From: the human T2T-CHM13v2.0 reference genome, Homo sapiens
Direction: 5' to 3' (one strand)
Length of the DNA: 64,000 nt
Assembly (NCBI RefSeq): GCF_009914755.1
Contig: NC_060932.1
Positions 30,181-45,099 of the stretch are shown in pieces (within the stretch, counting starts at the first letter, position 1; every line of letters starts with the position of its first letter). The notes under the pieces were generated by a model. It worked only from the letters and a program-made list of their open reading frames with translations, made no database searches and had not been told where the DNA came from. Position numbers and translations under genes: made by a program.

Positions 30181-30427
30181 TCATAAGTGGGAGTTGAACA
30201 ATAAGAACACATGGACACAGGGAGGGGAACATCACACACCGGGGCCTGTCGGGGGCAGGGGTTGGGGACAAGGGGAGGGACAGCATTAGGAGAAATACCT
30301 AATGCATGTGGGGCTTAAAACCTAGATGATGGGTTGATGGGTGCAGCAAATCACCATGGCACATGTATACCTATGTAACAAACGTACACATTCTGCCCAT
30401 GTATCCCAGAACTTAAAATATAAAAAA
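30181..30427 (+). mobile_element. 5'-truncated L1PA8-like 3'UTR
   Basis: tcataagtgggagttgaacaat...ggggcttaaaacctagatg; perfect 18-bp TSD aagaaagaaaaaatgatg (30163-30180, 30428-30445). Confidence 0.97.
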
Positions 30428-31125
30428 AAGAAAGAAAAAATGATGGCTTCATCACTTCTATCATCAAAAAGGAGAGAGGAACTGCCATCCATGATGACTT
30501 CCATAGGCCTTGGCTAACCATTAACAAAACTCCCACCACATCTTCTAGCTAACACACAGCTGGCAGTACTGACACTTTATCCCTCCAGTATGTGCTTTAG
30601 GTGGTCACCTCCCCACACCATGCTACAAAAGTCCTATCAAGACCATAATTCCCAATCTCACCCACCCTGTAGGCAAACAGCCACGCTCCATCTTTAGTAC
30701 CTTTCAGAGGCAGTCCCCATATCTCATAACGTCTTTCTCTTTTTCAAATAGCAGAGAGAGAGAGCAACAGTTAAAATGTCTAAGCAGGTCTCCAACAACA
30801 GAAGGAATGGCTATTCTCCCCTTTCTAATAGTAGCACCAAAATTTAGGAGTAATTTTCTTAAAGTCATCAACCTGGCCTCTGGAGAAGAAAAACATTTCC
30901 CCTTAATCCCCAAGTCCCCAAACACGTATGAGAGTTTATATGTGTGTATAGGTATAAACACAAGAAAATACCAGAAATTTATATTCTCATTGCTCTTAAC
31001 ACACATAACTATGGAAAGTGATGGCTATGTAAATCTGCTTGAGTAATCATTTTGCTCTGTATTTACATATCAAAACATGTTGAACATCTTAAATACAAAC
31101 AATAAGTTTAAAAACACAGTAGTTG

Positions 31126-31438
<313 letters not shown>

Positions 31439-33195
31439 ACACAGTAGTTGCATCTGGAGAAGGGAAATAAAGGAGACCCAAGAGAGATGCTTTTTATTCT
31501 CCCTGCCCCACACACCTGAGGATATATTTATGTATTACAAGTGTAACTAAAATAAGAATGAAGAGAGAGGAAGCGATAGAGGGAGATTCATTGATTGATT
31601 TCTTATAATAAAATGACTCAATCAAGTTTTCAAATTAAACTCCTTTAGCATTCATACTGCTATTGGTTTACTCTTCAGAAATACTAAGAACAATCTCTCT
31701 TCATAGTTATTTAAGGGAATAAAATTATATCACTTTAAGCAAATTCAGGAAATTCCACATTGAGAAAAATGTCCCAGTATTTAAGCATCCCTGGGGAGCA
31801 TGCCACATTACCCCCAGAACCCATTCAAATACAGAGCTTAGAAAGCACCAGCTTCTGGTTAAAGTCAATCCACCCAGGAACAAGAGAGTCTTTGTCAAGG
31901 AAACCCGAGTTCAAGTGCATGAGGATCAGATAAAACACAACACATGGCATCTGAACTAAAATGATACGCTTTGATTTTCGATTCAGAGTTAAGAAGCCAG
32001 CAGAATGTGAATACAAGAGAAAGGATGTAAAAATAAAATTAAGATTGGCTTCCTCTTAGGTAGTGAGAGTTGAACAGAAAAGTGGGGTTACTGACGGTGT
32101 TGCAGAGCAGCTCTGCAAATATCCTTATTTGCAAATCCATAATATATATGGCTCTACTCATAAATAGGACACTCTGTTATGGCCACAGGTAATAGATATT
32201 AGACAAACAAGTGTTTGGGAAATACATTGTCTCTAAGGCTACTGACAATAAAAGAGCAAGTATTAATTTGGAGAAGTAGATGGCCAGGCTTGTGTTCTTT
32301 AAGGTCTGTATCCTGTATGGGGAGGAGGAAGTGGTGGATGGAAAGAGTTATGCAGAGTTGTGTCTCAATTACAGCTATAAAACCAGTTACCCAAATTCTT
32401 TTAGAACCTCTAGTTAGAAGCCACTCAGATTACCTAAGATAATAAAAAGCCAGGAAGCATAAGGGCTCTTTTGACCACACATTAAACATGAATTAAATTA
32501 CTAAAATTTCATGGTGTGTTGTCCAAATACGGTGTGTCCCTGTATTTAAAAGTAGGGGAATTTGACAATTTTGTTGCAAAGGTATTCAAAAGAAATAAAA
32601 GAGGGTACTTACAAAGAAATAAAAAAACAAGTTGACATATATATAACTCCAATTCTCTCCAACGACAACTTAAAAAAAAGTTGAGTTGCTTCAATGAAAT
32701 AAAAATATTAACCTGAAAATATACTTGGCACAAAGTTATTCTTTGCGGTCTGCACCTACAGACTACTGGAAGCAACCTAAATGCCCACACACAGGAGAGT
32801 AATTGGATAAGTTGTGGTACTTCCATGCAGTATAGTACACTGCAACCAAAGCCACTAAAAAATAATGAGGAAAATCTACAAACTGATATGGAGTTATTTC
32901 CAACATATACTGTTAAGTAAAAAAAAAAAGCTCAGTGCAAATGAGTATCTAATGTATGTTACCTTTGATAGCAGAACAAAAGGGAAATAAAATATACACA
33001 TCTATTAATTTGTACAAAAAGATATCTAAGATGAATAAATGAGAAACAAAAGAAATTGGTTACCTACAGTGGACAGGTGGAAACAGAGTGACAGGCAAAT
33101 GTGAAAAGGGTAGAAGGGATGGGGTATGAAAAGTACACACACACCTCTTTCTATTGTTCTGATCTTTAGAATCATGTTAATATTTTACGTACTCA

Positions 33196-33506
<311 letters not shown>

Positions 33507-34012
33507 GCAAGGATAGGGAAGAAGCAACTCAAAAATGGAATAAAAGCAGAAACAAATTTATAAGTGTATATATGTATAAATGTGTATACACACACACACA
33601 CAAGCAAACATACATATATACACTTATACTTCCTAGCTCTGTTTGCTGAGAAGGCATAGAAATAATAACACCCCAACAGTAATGAGCATATCCAGCAACC
33701 AGATTTTGTTTTCTAAATACCATTCTCAACTAAAAGGAGCTCCTTGGAGAAATGCTTATTCCAAGGCTAGGGAAGAGAATGTAAAAATCCACCTAAAACA
33801 CATTGTGCCAGAGAGAACCGAAGTGTTCAAAGAATGATGGAACATGTCAAACAGAGAAGTTTAAAGGAGGTCCCAGTGTTCCATGTCCATCCTGGGACAA
33901 TGTGTGCAACAGAATAAATGGCAGTAAGAGATTATAATAAATTGAATAAAATAAACCATGAATCTATACTGCTATAAATAAGTAAACAAGGACAAGGAAA
34001 AGGTCTTCCTGA

Positions 34013-34304
34013 TTTTTTTATTCTTTGAGATATATCTCATTCTGTCCCTGTGGCTGGAGTACAGTGGCATAATCACAAGCTCACTGCAGCCTCAACCTCC
34101 TAGGCTCTAGCAATCCTCCCACCTCAGCCTCCCACATAGCTGAGACTATGGATGCACCCCACCACACTTGGCTGATTTTTTTTTTAAAGAAAGAGGATCT
34201 TACTATGTTGCCCAGGCTGGTCTCAAACTCCTGAGCTCAAGCAATCTTTCCACTTCAGCCTCCCAAGGTGGTGGAGTTACAGATGTGAGCCACTACACCT
34301 GGCC
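34013..34304 (-). mobile_element. AluJ (Jo/Jr-like)
   Basis: Reverse dimer with agctcactgcagcctcaacctcc. Confidence 0.94.
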
Positions 34305-35063
34305 AAAAACTCTTCTTTGCAGAATTCCAGTTAATGAATATAAAATTAATGAGAAATTAGAAGACCACCACTTGGCAATCATTACAGTAATAATTATTTC
34401 AGGCACTGGCTAAAACCATTGAGTAAATATACAATGAGAAACAAGATTTTATATCATATCAAAGTATCTCCCACAAGATACTTATTCCGCTGGGAAATCT
34501 AGTAACTTTACAAACAAGAAACCTTAACATAGTGATCAAAGTTAATGTCACTAGAATGTGCTTCCTGCTATGAGGCACTGAAAAGAACACAATAGCATGT
34601 TTGTTGTATCCCTGGCAAAAACACAGAACTTCAATCAAATCATGAAGAAACAGCAGACAAATCCAAGTTGAGGAATATTGTACAGAATAACTGGCCAGGA
34701 TTCTTCAAATGTCAAGGTCATAAAAGACAAAGAATGGCTGAAGAATTGGTCCAAATTAAAGAAGAATAAAGTATGACCACTAAATGCAATATATGACCTG
34801 GAATTAGATCTAAAACAATTTTTTCTTTAACTACAAAAAGCAGAGGTGCAATTGGCAAAATTTGAATGTTATCTAGACTAGATAACAGTATTATATCAGT
34901 GCTAGTTTCCTTATTTTAATAAATTCATTGCGATTATAAATGAGGTCCTTTTTGTTTTTAGGAAATGTGCACTGATATTGAGAATCATGTCTCCAACTTA
35001 TAAAATTTCAGAAAAAATAGAGAAATATATAATATAGCAAGTATGAAGTATAGTAAAATACTA

Positions 35064-35398
<335 letters not shown>

Positions 35399-36549
35399 TT
35401 ATGTGCATAATTTAACTTCTCTGTAAAGTCTGAAGTTATTTCAAAGTAAAAAATATAGTCAATCCAAGTATAGGCGGGAAAAGCAATAACCAACCAATCC
35501 ATATCAAAATAATTGACAGAATTTCCTTTAAGAATCTATAGCAATTAATATGAAGTAGTTTTGTGAAACTTCACCTGGTTTTTTCAAATCATCAGATTTC
35601 TACATCACTTCTATATTACATAAAACTTCTGATTACCTAAGTTCAACTTCTGATATTTCTTAAATAATAAAGCTCATCATTTAAAAGACAAACATGCTCA
35701 AACATGTCACATTTTCCTCTTGGGATTCTCAGTAGTTAGATTTATCCAACTGATTAACTCATTAACAAGTAGTTATTGAATGAAAGACATTGTCTAGATG
35801 CTTAAACTGAATACATCTACATCTGGTTCATTCCGTCTCTTAGTTCAGTGCCAATAACAAGCCACCATATAAGATTTACCCAGTGGGCTTTTCCAAATGA
35901 AGTATCTATCTGGTACAATGACCAGATTCAGGAGTAACATACAATAATGATAATGAAAACAATCCTTAAGTAAAAATTTCAAGAAACTTACTAGAAATGC
36001 ATTCTTTATTACCAAAGCATTTTTATTTGGGAAAATACAAGAGCAAAGTATTTATATTTTTTTTAAAAAAGTTCAATTATAGAACTATTCATTCCAAGCC
36101 AACAGTATCCATTAGAATGAACATACTAGGATAGTTTTGGGGATTGAATTCTAAATAACTCTTTTTCAGAGCCTGATGGGAAAATAAAAAGGGACTGATA
36201 ATTAATTAATATTTCATCTTTCTCAAAAAGAAAATACATCTCAATATTTTATTTCACCCCTAATATGTTCTCCACTGGTTTTATATTAAACAGTCCCCGA
36301 GCTTCTTTCTATACATTTCCTACTCTAAGAGTCAATGTAACCTTCATACCTTTCAAAAACCTTCAGTAGTTCCCAATGTCTATTAGCAGCTTTTGGCCTC
36401 TCACCTTTCATTCCCAGCCTAGTGACTCACCTCAGGAAGTAACCATATCAAGAAGTTCAGGGTGTGGTAACTTTGACCAGCCCTACATGAAGCCATTCTA
36501 CATATTCTACCACTCAACGAATGGGAGTTCCAAGTTCTTAGGCTGACGC

Positions 36550-36659
36550 TCAAGAGACCAACCATCTGTTTCACCCAGGACTGGGCGGTTCCCAGGATGT
36601 GAGATCTTCACTACTGATACCCAGAGTCTTAGGCAAATCAGGACATTTGGTCACCTTAA
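36550..36659. mobile_element. hAT-Blackjack MITE (MER81/MER94-like)
   Basis: gaccaaccatc...caggac at one end and caggacatttggtcaccttaa at the other resemble the TAGGGTGACCA TIRs. Confidence 0.6.
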
Positions 36660-37534
36660 CTCTGACCTAGCAATTGACCTTCTTGACCCCCCTAAACTGC
36701 TCTGTGCTTCTGATATTTCCTTTCTCTGGCTTATCTTACCCCCTCACCTCACATATCCAAGTGAAGATTGTTCAAGAACGTGTCCAAATGCCACCTTCTC
36801 TGTCAATTGCTTCCTTTTCTCCAATCCTGGAAGTAATTTCTCTTTACTGTAAATCCCAAAGCAACTTAGTTATTCTCTCCCTTCTACTGCTTGCTCTACA
36901 TCGCACAGGAGGAGGCAGGACACTTTCTCTTCACTCCTGATCTTTCCTTAATGGGGAGTGGACACCTGTTCACACATTATTCACATTCTCCTCCCTCTCA
37001 CTGATGTTTCCAAAGGAGAGGAGAGTTCTCTGTGTGGGAACTTTGGAACAAGGAACTGTGCATGGTAGACCAGCAGCTCTCTCCATCCTTCTTAGGAATT
37101 TGCTTGCCATTTCTGAAGTGTTACAGAAGCTGGCCTCCATGTGGAGTCCTGTGGTTGTCTACACTGTCTGTGCCTAACTGGAACAGCCTATCTCATATGT
37201 TGTAGTATGTTCTCTATTGCCAACTTTACAGGTAAGAAAAGTGTTCATTTGTCATCCGGAAATCATGATGCCTTGTCATCCTTCATAACTTGGGCAAGTG
37301 AGAGGAATGATGTTCATTGACTACCTCTCCCTGTAAACTATAGGAAGCTGTAAACTTGGCCTCTATCACTTTCATAGCACATTGTACAGGGCCTTGCAGG
37401 TACCAAACATTCATAACTGAGTGAACAAATATAAATATCTAATTTTTTTTTTTGAATCATGACGTGAAGTCAGTTCAAATTCTAGTGCTGGTACTTACTA
37501 GAGCAGGGTAAACTTGGGTAACTGTTAACATGAG

Positions 37535-37536
<2 letters not shown>

Positions 37537-37575
<39 letters not shown>
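37537..37575. repeat. Poly(T)39 homopolymer within a MIR-like relic
   Basis: Direct read; flanks resemble the MIR core. Confidence 0.95.
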
Positions 37576-37577
<2 letters not shown>

Positions 37578-37598
37578 CTAAAAAGGAAATCCTCTGCA

Positions 37599-37822
37599 TC
37601 AGGGATTAGCAAACTACAACCAACCAGCCAAATCCAGCCCACCACATGTTTTTAAGTAAAATGTTGTTATCTGAATACAGCCATACTTATTCCTTTACAT
37701 ATTGTTTGTGTCTGCTTTTGCACTACAATGGCAGAATTGAGGAGTTGCCACAGAGATCATATGATCTTCAAAGCCTAAAATATTTCCTCTCTGGCCCTTT
37801 ACAAAGTGATCCAACCCCCTTC
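37599..37822. mobile_element. MER58A-like hAT-Charlie MITE
   Basis: cagggattagcaaactac...ccaaatccagcccacc...ctggccctttacaaagt...aacccc. Confidence 0.85.
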
Positions 37823-40800
37823 TAAGGATTGCTGCAAGGATTATGGATAGATGCTGTTTATTGCTAACACCTAGCACATAAGTGGCTGTTATCAATTTAA
37901 ATACCATAGCAAAATGCAAATTAATATTTTTGAAAGTAAATTCCTGTAGGCATACAAAATCAACAGCTAAGATGTGCTCTACTCATATATTCCACACCTA
38001 GAAGAGTGGGGGAGAAAGCCCACAAAAATCATTTTTAATTTGCTACAAATTTGGAGGCCCAGGAAGCATCACCTACCACAAAGCTCTTACACTGCAAAGA
38101 ATCTGCAAGACAACATTTATCACAGCATTCCCAAGAAGAACAATGATGACTCAAGGGAAATAAAAGATGCACCAAACATTTTTTCCACTAAAAGGAGTCC
38201 TGAAATAGAACTTGAGCAATATTTACATATTTAATATTCCTTAGTGGATGAGAAGAGGGTATCGACAGGAGTTATTACAGCTTGAAATGAGTTGTGAAAA
38301 CTCTTAAGTCTGACTGAGACATTGCAATAATTCTTCCTTCAATTAATTTTGACTCTTTTAACATTGTCTTAAGTGCCAGGGATCAAAGATAAAGATAGTC
38401 CTTGTCCTTGTAAAGTTCAGAATCTAGTGAGGAACACAAGTATGTGTTTAAAACTGTTATCTAATTTCTAACAGCCAGAGTTCAAACATTTTTTTTAAAT
38501 AACAGAAATGACCCTCTCCTTTTGTCTCAGCTCCATGTCAATTTTGTTTGGTACCTGGGTTGTAGAGAGAAGTTTTGAAAGTAGGGTCCTGGGATAGATA
38601 GGAAAAAAAAAAAAAAAAAAAAAAAAGCTAGGCATATGATGTTAGCCAGGCCCTCTGGATTTGATTTCAGTTCCAATCTAGGAGGATGAGAAACTGCAGC
38701 TGGATGAGCTGGTTGAGGACACACTCTGCTGGAGAAACCCAAGCAGTATTCATTCATGTGACCAAACTACAGCTTCAAGTTTCGAAGGGTGCCAGTGTCT
38801 CTGACTCTATCTGGAAGCCAGCATGGCCCTGACAGTAGCAACTTGGGACATTTCAGAAGCTAGACTCTGGTCTTGCCTGCCTGGTATCTGTAATGTATAA
38901 GCAGTGGCCATGATGGGGCTCCCCTAAATGACTTCATGGGCCACAGACATTGACTAGTGGATGCCCAGGCAAGGGAGGAAAGCCATAATGACTACCATGT
39001 GGTGACTGCATGTGATGCCCAGAAATTACTGGGGAAATTAACTAGAGATAGAACACACACCATCCTTTAATCATCCATCTGCTGGCTTAAATACGCCTTA
39101 CTCACTTAGGATTCCTATGAAAATAAAACCAAAATGCTGGGTAAGTGCTATGATAAAGGTGTATCCAAGCATCTGTGGGAAGTCAGTGGGTCCAGGGGTG
39201 GAGGGAGGGACTCCTAATCCAGCCAGTTGAAGAAAATCAGAACTCTAAGAAAGCCCAATTAAAACTCATAAGAAAAGCCATTCCATTTTATGAAATTGTT
39301 CCTTTTCTTATATTTCTGTTAATGACTGAGTTTGCTTCCTTCAGAAGGTATAGTATTACAATAGGATACATTTTATCAAGCATATTTCACATTCATTGAA
39401 ATCACTGAAGGCTGTCCGAGGTCCCTGAAAAAAATGGCGAATATTTTGCCACTGATGATTATACTACTGGATTAATATTCTTTAAGGATCAAGATGACTA
39501 CTTTATACAAGCAGGGAGAGAAAGTTTCTCCCATTGATTGATTTTGTTCAGGTTCCATCAATTCCATTTTTAAATTATTCTTGTGTCTCACAGGATATGC
39601 ATCTAAGTTACATTTCTAAACTGGAACAAGCATAATTTGAACCAGTCTATTTATAAATCATGGTGTTATAGGCTTGAACCTACCACCAGATTAATCTTCC
39701 TTCAAATAGTGGCTATAAAGAGGGTACTTAAAAGATTGCAAAGATTTTGCATCTCTAATGGATCACCATTACACGGTGCAGAAAACGTGACTCAGGAAGT
39801 TGTAAGAGTAAACACATGGAGTCCATTATGAGTTTTCCTTTCTTGTAGTGTAACTAAATGGCCTTATTATGCTACCAACTTTTTAAAAAATTGTAATGGT
39901 TATTACCAATCATTAAAAATACTATACATCCCATGCACTTTGAAAAACTCACAAAGTAGACTGTCAATTCATTTTTTAAAAGACTAAAACTTTACGTTTG
40001 CAAAAGCTCTTTCAAGATAAGATAAACGTAAGCATCAAGTATCACCTGGGTGAGATTACATAAAAAACAAAACGGTAAAAGGCCGTAACTTCATACACTG
40101 AACATTTAATATCAACCAAAAATGAATAGATTAAAAACAATGTTTACTGACACTGGGAATGTTAAAGTTTGAAATTTTGGTTAGTGAACTTTGTTTCTGA
40201 TTTGTTTCTCTCTGTAAGTGAAGGAGGGAAAAAATGACCTTGAACAGGAGATGCATCAATCTGCAGAGGTTATTTGCAATCTTTTGGATATAGTGACTAG
40301 CTTTCTCCATTTCTAGCACAAGCAGAAAAGAAGAGGAAAAAAAAAAGAAAAGGAATAGAATAGGATTGATGCCCCACACCTTACCTGTAACACAATTAGT
40401 TGTCCCACCAGCTACAATGGTGACTTAGATTGGCAGAGAACAGTAGGGGGCAGAGGGAAAGGAAGGTAGTCACCCAATACATCATCACACAGTTGGTACA
40501 GATTGTAGCTACAGCTACAGCTATGGCTGGACCACAGGCATATAGACCAAATACAAGCTCTGACCCTATCCTGCCTCTTAAATTCAACAACTTCAGTATA
40601 ACATCTTGCACACTTGTTCTACTATAAAGTTAAGATTTTTAAAAAAGAAAAATAATAGGAAAACAAGAATAGAAAAGGAAAGCAGAGAAGAGGAAAGGAA
40701 GTTTCAGAAAAAACATCTATTGAGTCTACCAAATTTACAAATCACTATACATAAACATTTAATAACACATATAGTTCCCAGATTGTCTATCCAAGGATCC

Positions 40801-41104
40801 ATTCATTTGTCTTTGTTCTCACTAAATGATGAACTCCTTGAGAGCAAACACTCTTAAATTTTTCTGTCACCTTAATACAGTTTCTGGTACATTAATGTAG
40901 TTATATAAATGAATAAATGGATAAATGGCTTTACTTATCTTCCAAATCAATAATTCCAGTTTCTATTTTGTGTCCTAGTCACATACCCTAGATACATATT
41001 ATTTCCCCTTGTCTATTACTTCAAAATTAAGATATTAAAATAAATGAAAATCAACCTCCCCCTACCAACCTACTGTCTCTTTTCAGAAGCATAATAAGCA
41101 GGGT

Positions 41105-41684
<580 letters not shown>

Positions 41685-42809
41685 TAGCATTTCTTATTGT
41701 ATACTGCAGCAAAAAATTATTGATCACCACCACCTTCTTTCATCTCCAAGGTCCAGTATGTCATCAATGTGAGCGGATATTTCTAAAGCTTTCTAGCATC
41801 TCTTCTTGGTGCCCAATGCCATGACCCCAGTCCAGCTGCTAATTAACTTGTGCCTGAATCACTGTAAGAATATCTAGCTGGCCTCTCAGATTCTACCTTC
41901 CTCCCCTCTAAGCCACTGATCTTCTCCATAACCTGTGTTCATCCCTCCGTGTAAGATAAGCATGCCTGAGAGGCAGGTGCCATGTCTTTTTCAAGTCAGA
42001 GTGTCCTCTCACATATTTTGAATAAAAATATTCAATTACCCCAGAGACTGAGGTGCCATATGGGCATCAATTTATTTTCAAAAGTAGACCTCTTTGGAGT
42101 CACTGAATTATATTTTTTAAGTATAGCCTTACAAGTCTTTGTGATGACAAGAGAACTGAGAGCTTCTTATTAAAAAGCAGCTCTTGCTATGGAGTTTTTA
42201 CAATTTACTTGTATACTGTGTTTTCCAGACTCTTTTCAATGTCTTGGAAAGGAGGCTGGGCATGCTTGGTGCTGGTGGCCATGTGTGGAAAGAAAGGCAT
42301 GGGGAGTAGAAAAAATGCAACACCAAGTTGTACATTCTTTGTGCAATTCCATCATATCTGAAAACTAAAAACTACAACCCACTGGCAACACCCTTCGCTG
42401 AGTCACTGTATTCTTTGTGTGCATTTTTCTAAGAGCAATCAAAACAGTAATTGCAGGACTAACTTTAGAACATGAAATCATGGCATCTGTGCTGACATGG
42501 AATGCAATGTGAAAAGTAATCTCTCATTAAACCAGAAACTGTGGTTTACATTGTTTAAAAAGTGCATCGGATCGCTCATTCTCAGGGGATAGATCATAAT
42601 GCTCCTAAGGACAGAAAATTGAAAGAAAGTATTAGTTCCTTCTACAAAATATTTAAGAAATCCCATGAGGTTCTGGGGGTTTTTTTTCCCCTCCTTACTT
42701 GTTCTAATTACATAAGGAATAAAGTGTTCTTTAAATATGTCTTTAAAATATCCTTTTCCCCACCTAAGATTCTGATTCAAATAAACTATTTTAAACACAC
42801 ACACACATA

Positions 42810-43115
42810 TTTGGAATAGTCTGAGAAATTTGGTTACGGTGGGTATTCAGTGACCCTGAGGAATTACTGTTAATTTTTATAGTAAGTGTTATGATGGCAT
42901 CGTGGTTGTAAAAGAAGATTTTATACATAAAGAAGGAAGTATGTTAGGATAAAGTACATGATATCAGAGATTTGCTTTAAAATGCTTTGCCTGAGACAAA
43001 AGGGAGAGGACAGATGAAGCATATACAGAAAAACATTTTAAAACATTGAATCTGAGTTATGGGTGTAGGAGGTATCTCCTATTTGTGGTTTGACTGAAAT
43101 ATTTCATAATAAAAT
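42810..43115 (+). mobile_element. Ancient L1M 3' end relic
   Basis: gaattactgttaatttt...catgatatcagagatttgctttaaaat...aatatttcataataaaa. Confidence 0.6.
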
Positions 43116-43894
43116 TCTCAATTCCTGTTTTGGCCCTTCTATTTAAGACTCAGAATAACAATTACAGAGGCCCAGCCAAGAAGTTGTGAGTCCACAGTAG
43201 CATCAAAATAGGAGATTTTGCTGTGCCCTGGTTATGGTCAAAGCTACGTGATAATCAAATTGTGAAATGGCCAGTCTGTGAAGTGCACTAAATATCAAGA
43301 AAAGATGGGTGTGCACGCACAGAACACTTAATCTTGTGATAACCTGTGACCAGTCGCACTCCTACACAGAAGCTAAGCTTTATTATCTTCATGATTTGAG
43401 CAATATTACCAACTGTTTTCCCTAAATACTGTTTTGCTTTCCATCCTATCATAACACATAAATGTTTTATATTAACTAATAAAATCGATTGAATGTTCTT
43501 TCCAGGGAAATACATCTTCCAAGTTTTGACCTTTGCTTATTTAGTAGGAAGAGAAAAAAGAGCTGGGGAACAGAGAGATTGAATCCTTTTCCAAGGAAAC
43601 AATATAACAGAAAGACCAAAAGATTACCTGAGTATCTAGAAGTAGCAATAGAGCTTTAGAATGCTTTTCTGAATTGTACTATTATCTTTGAATTACTGTC
43701 TCTTAAAACTCCTTCTTAGTATAAGTAAGCCACCAGGTAAGAACAAGTCAACAATTTGGTGAGACTTCCTACTGTGCGTCAACTCTTTTTTTGGGGGGTT
43801 TTCTTACTGTGTTTAGTCTCACCTTTGGGTATGAATTCATAGTAACACAGACACAATTAGTAGTTACCACATCGGTAGCACAAATTTATAGTGA

Positions 43895-44235
<341 letters not shown>

Positions 44236-44239
44236 ATTC

Positions 44240-44392
44240 CTCACCAGTTCTTAAATTTTTGATTCCTAGACATAGAATCTGAGATTGCCCCAGAAGAGAC
44301 TGTTTCAGTTTCGCTGGATTGGGAACTGGGCTCTTGAGTCACCAAATGCTCCCTGGGTTACTTTCACCATTTTCAGGTTTGGGAACCACCAA
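44240..44392. mobile_element. MER5-like MITE
   Basis: Ends ...ctccctgggttactt...aggtttgggaaccac. Confidence 0.55.
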
Positions 44393-44670
44393 GTCTATCT
44401 ATATGCTGGCTAATAAAAACATTTTTCATGATTTTGGTAAATATATTACAAAGATAGAGACCCAGAGGCATCTTATGAATCTAGGCATACTGTCCTCCAA
44501 GTATTAGACAGCAACTTTTCAGTTTGTTCTAAAATCCAAAGTATTTTTTTGAAAATTTGGTAGAATTAGCAATGGGCATTTCCTTCATGCCAGGTAAACT
44601 AATACAGGTGATTTGCTATCCTTAGAGATATTAAGCAAATAAAACCCAAAACCTAAAAAACACCCCACTT

Positions 44671-44850
44671 CAGGCTGACCCTCATTAGGAATGCAGCTGG
44701 TGACTTTAAATGAAACCAATGCTTATTTACCATTCCAAAAATCCTAGATCCCTTAAGAATTATGCTAAATCTATTCCGCCTGTGTGCTATAAATGGAGCA
44801 GCAAAGCCTGGATAACAGCACATCTGTTTACAGCATGGTTTACTGAAAAT
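44671..44850 (+). mobile_element. Isolated internal Tigger1 transposase fragment
   Basis: Translates to [45 protein letters not shown]; homologous to 46149-46330. Confidence 0.9.
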
Positions 44851-45099
44851 ATGCTAACATATATAGCAAAAGATCCTCTCTGCCCCCTCTGCAAAACTGA
44901 CCATCTTTCAAGTTTCTGCACCTATGACAACCATTTCTGTCAAGACCTGAACTGTCATTCAGGCAAGGAAGCCTGTGGCACATCATAAAGACCTGTGTGA
45001 TGCCTGTGGCCATGGCGCTTTTCAATGTTAGGCTGTAGCTATACCTTTACCCATTTGTCCCACAAGTTTGAACATTCCCAAAACAAAGACCACGTGTTA

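Noticed and set aside
30241-30279. G-quadruplex-like G runs
   Set aside because: This is the standard L1PA 3'UTR G-rich tract, already well known.
32100-32118. 9-bp inverted repeat ttgcagagc-a-gctctgcaa
   Set aside because: Short enough to arise by chance in 64 kb.
39451-39520. tgatga as a C/D snoRNA C box
   Set aside because: No D box or terminal stem at a suitable distance, and it is on the opposite strand to the inferred host gene.
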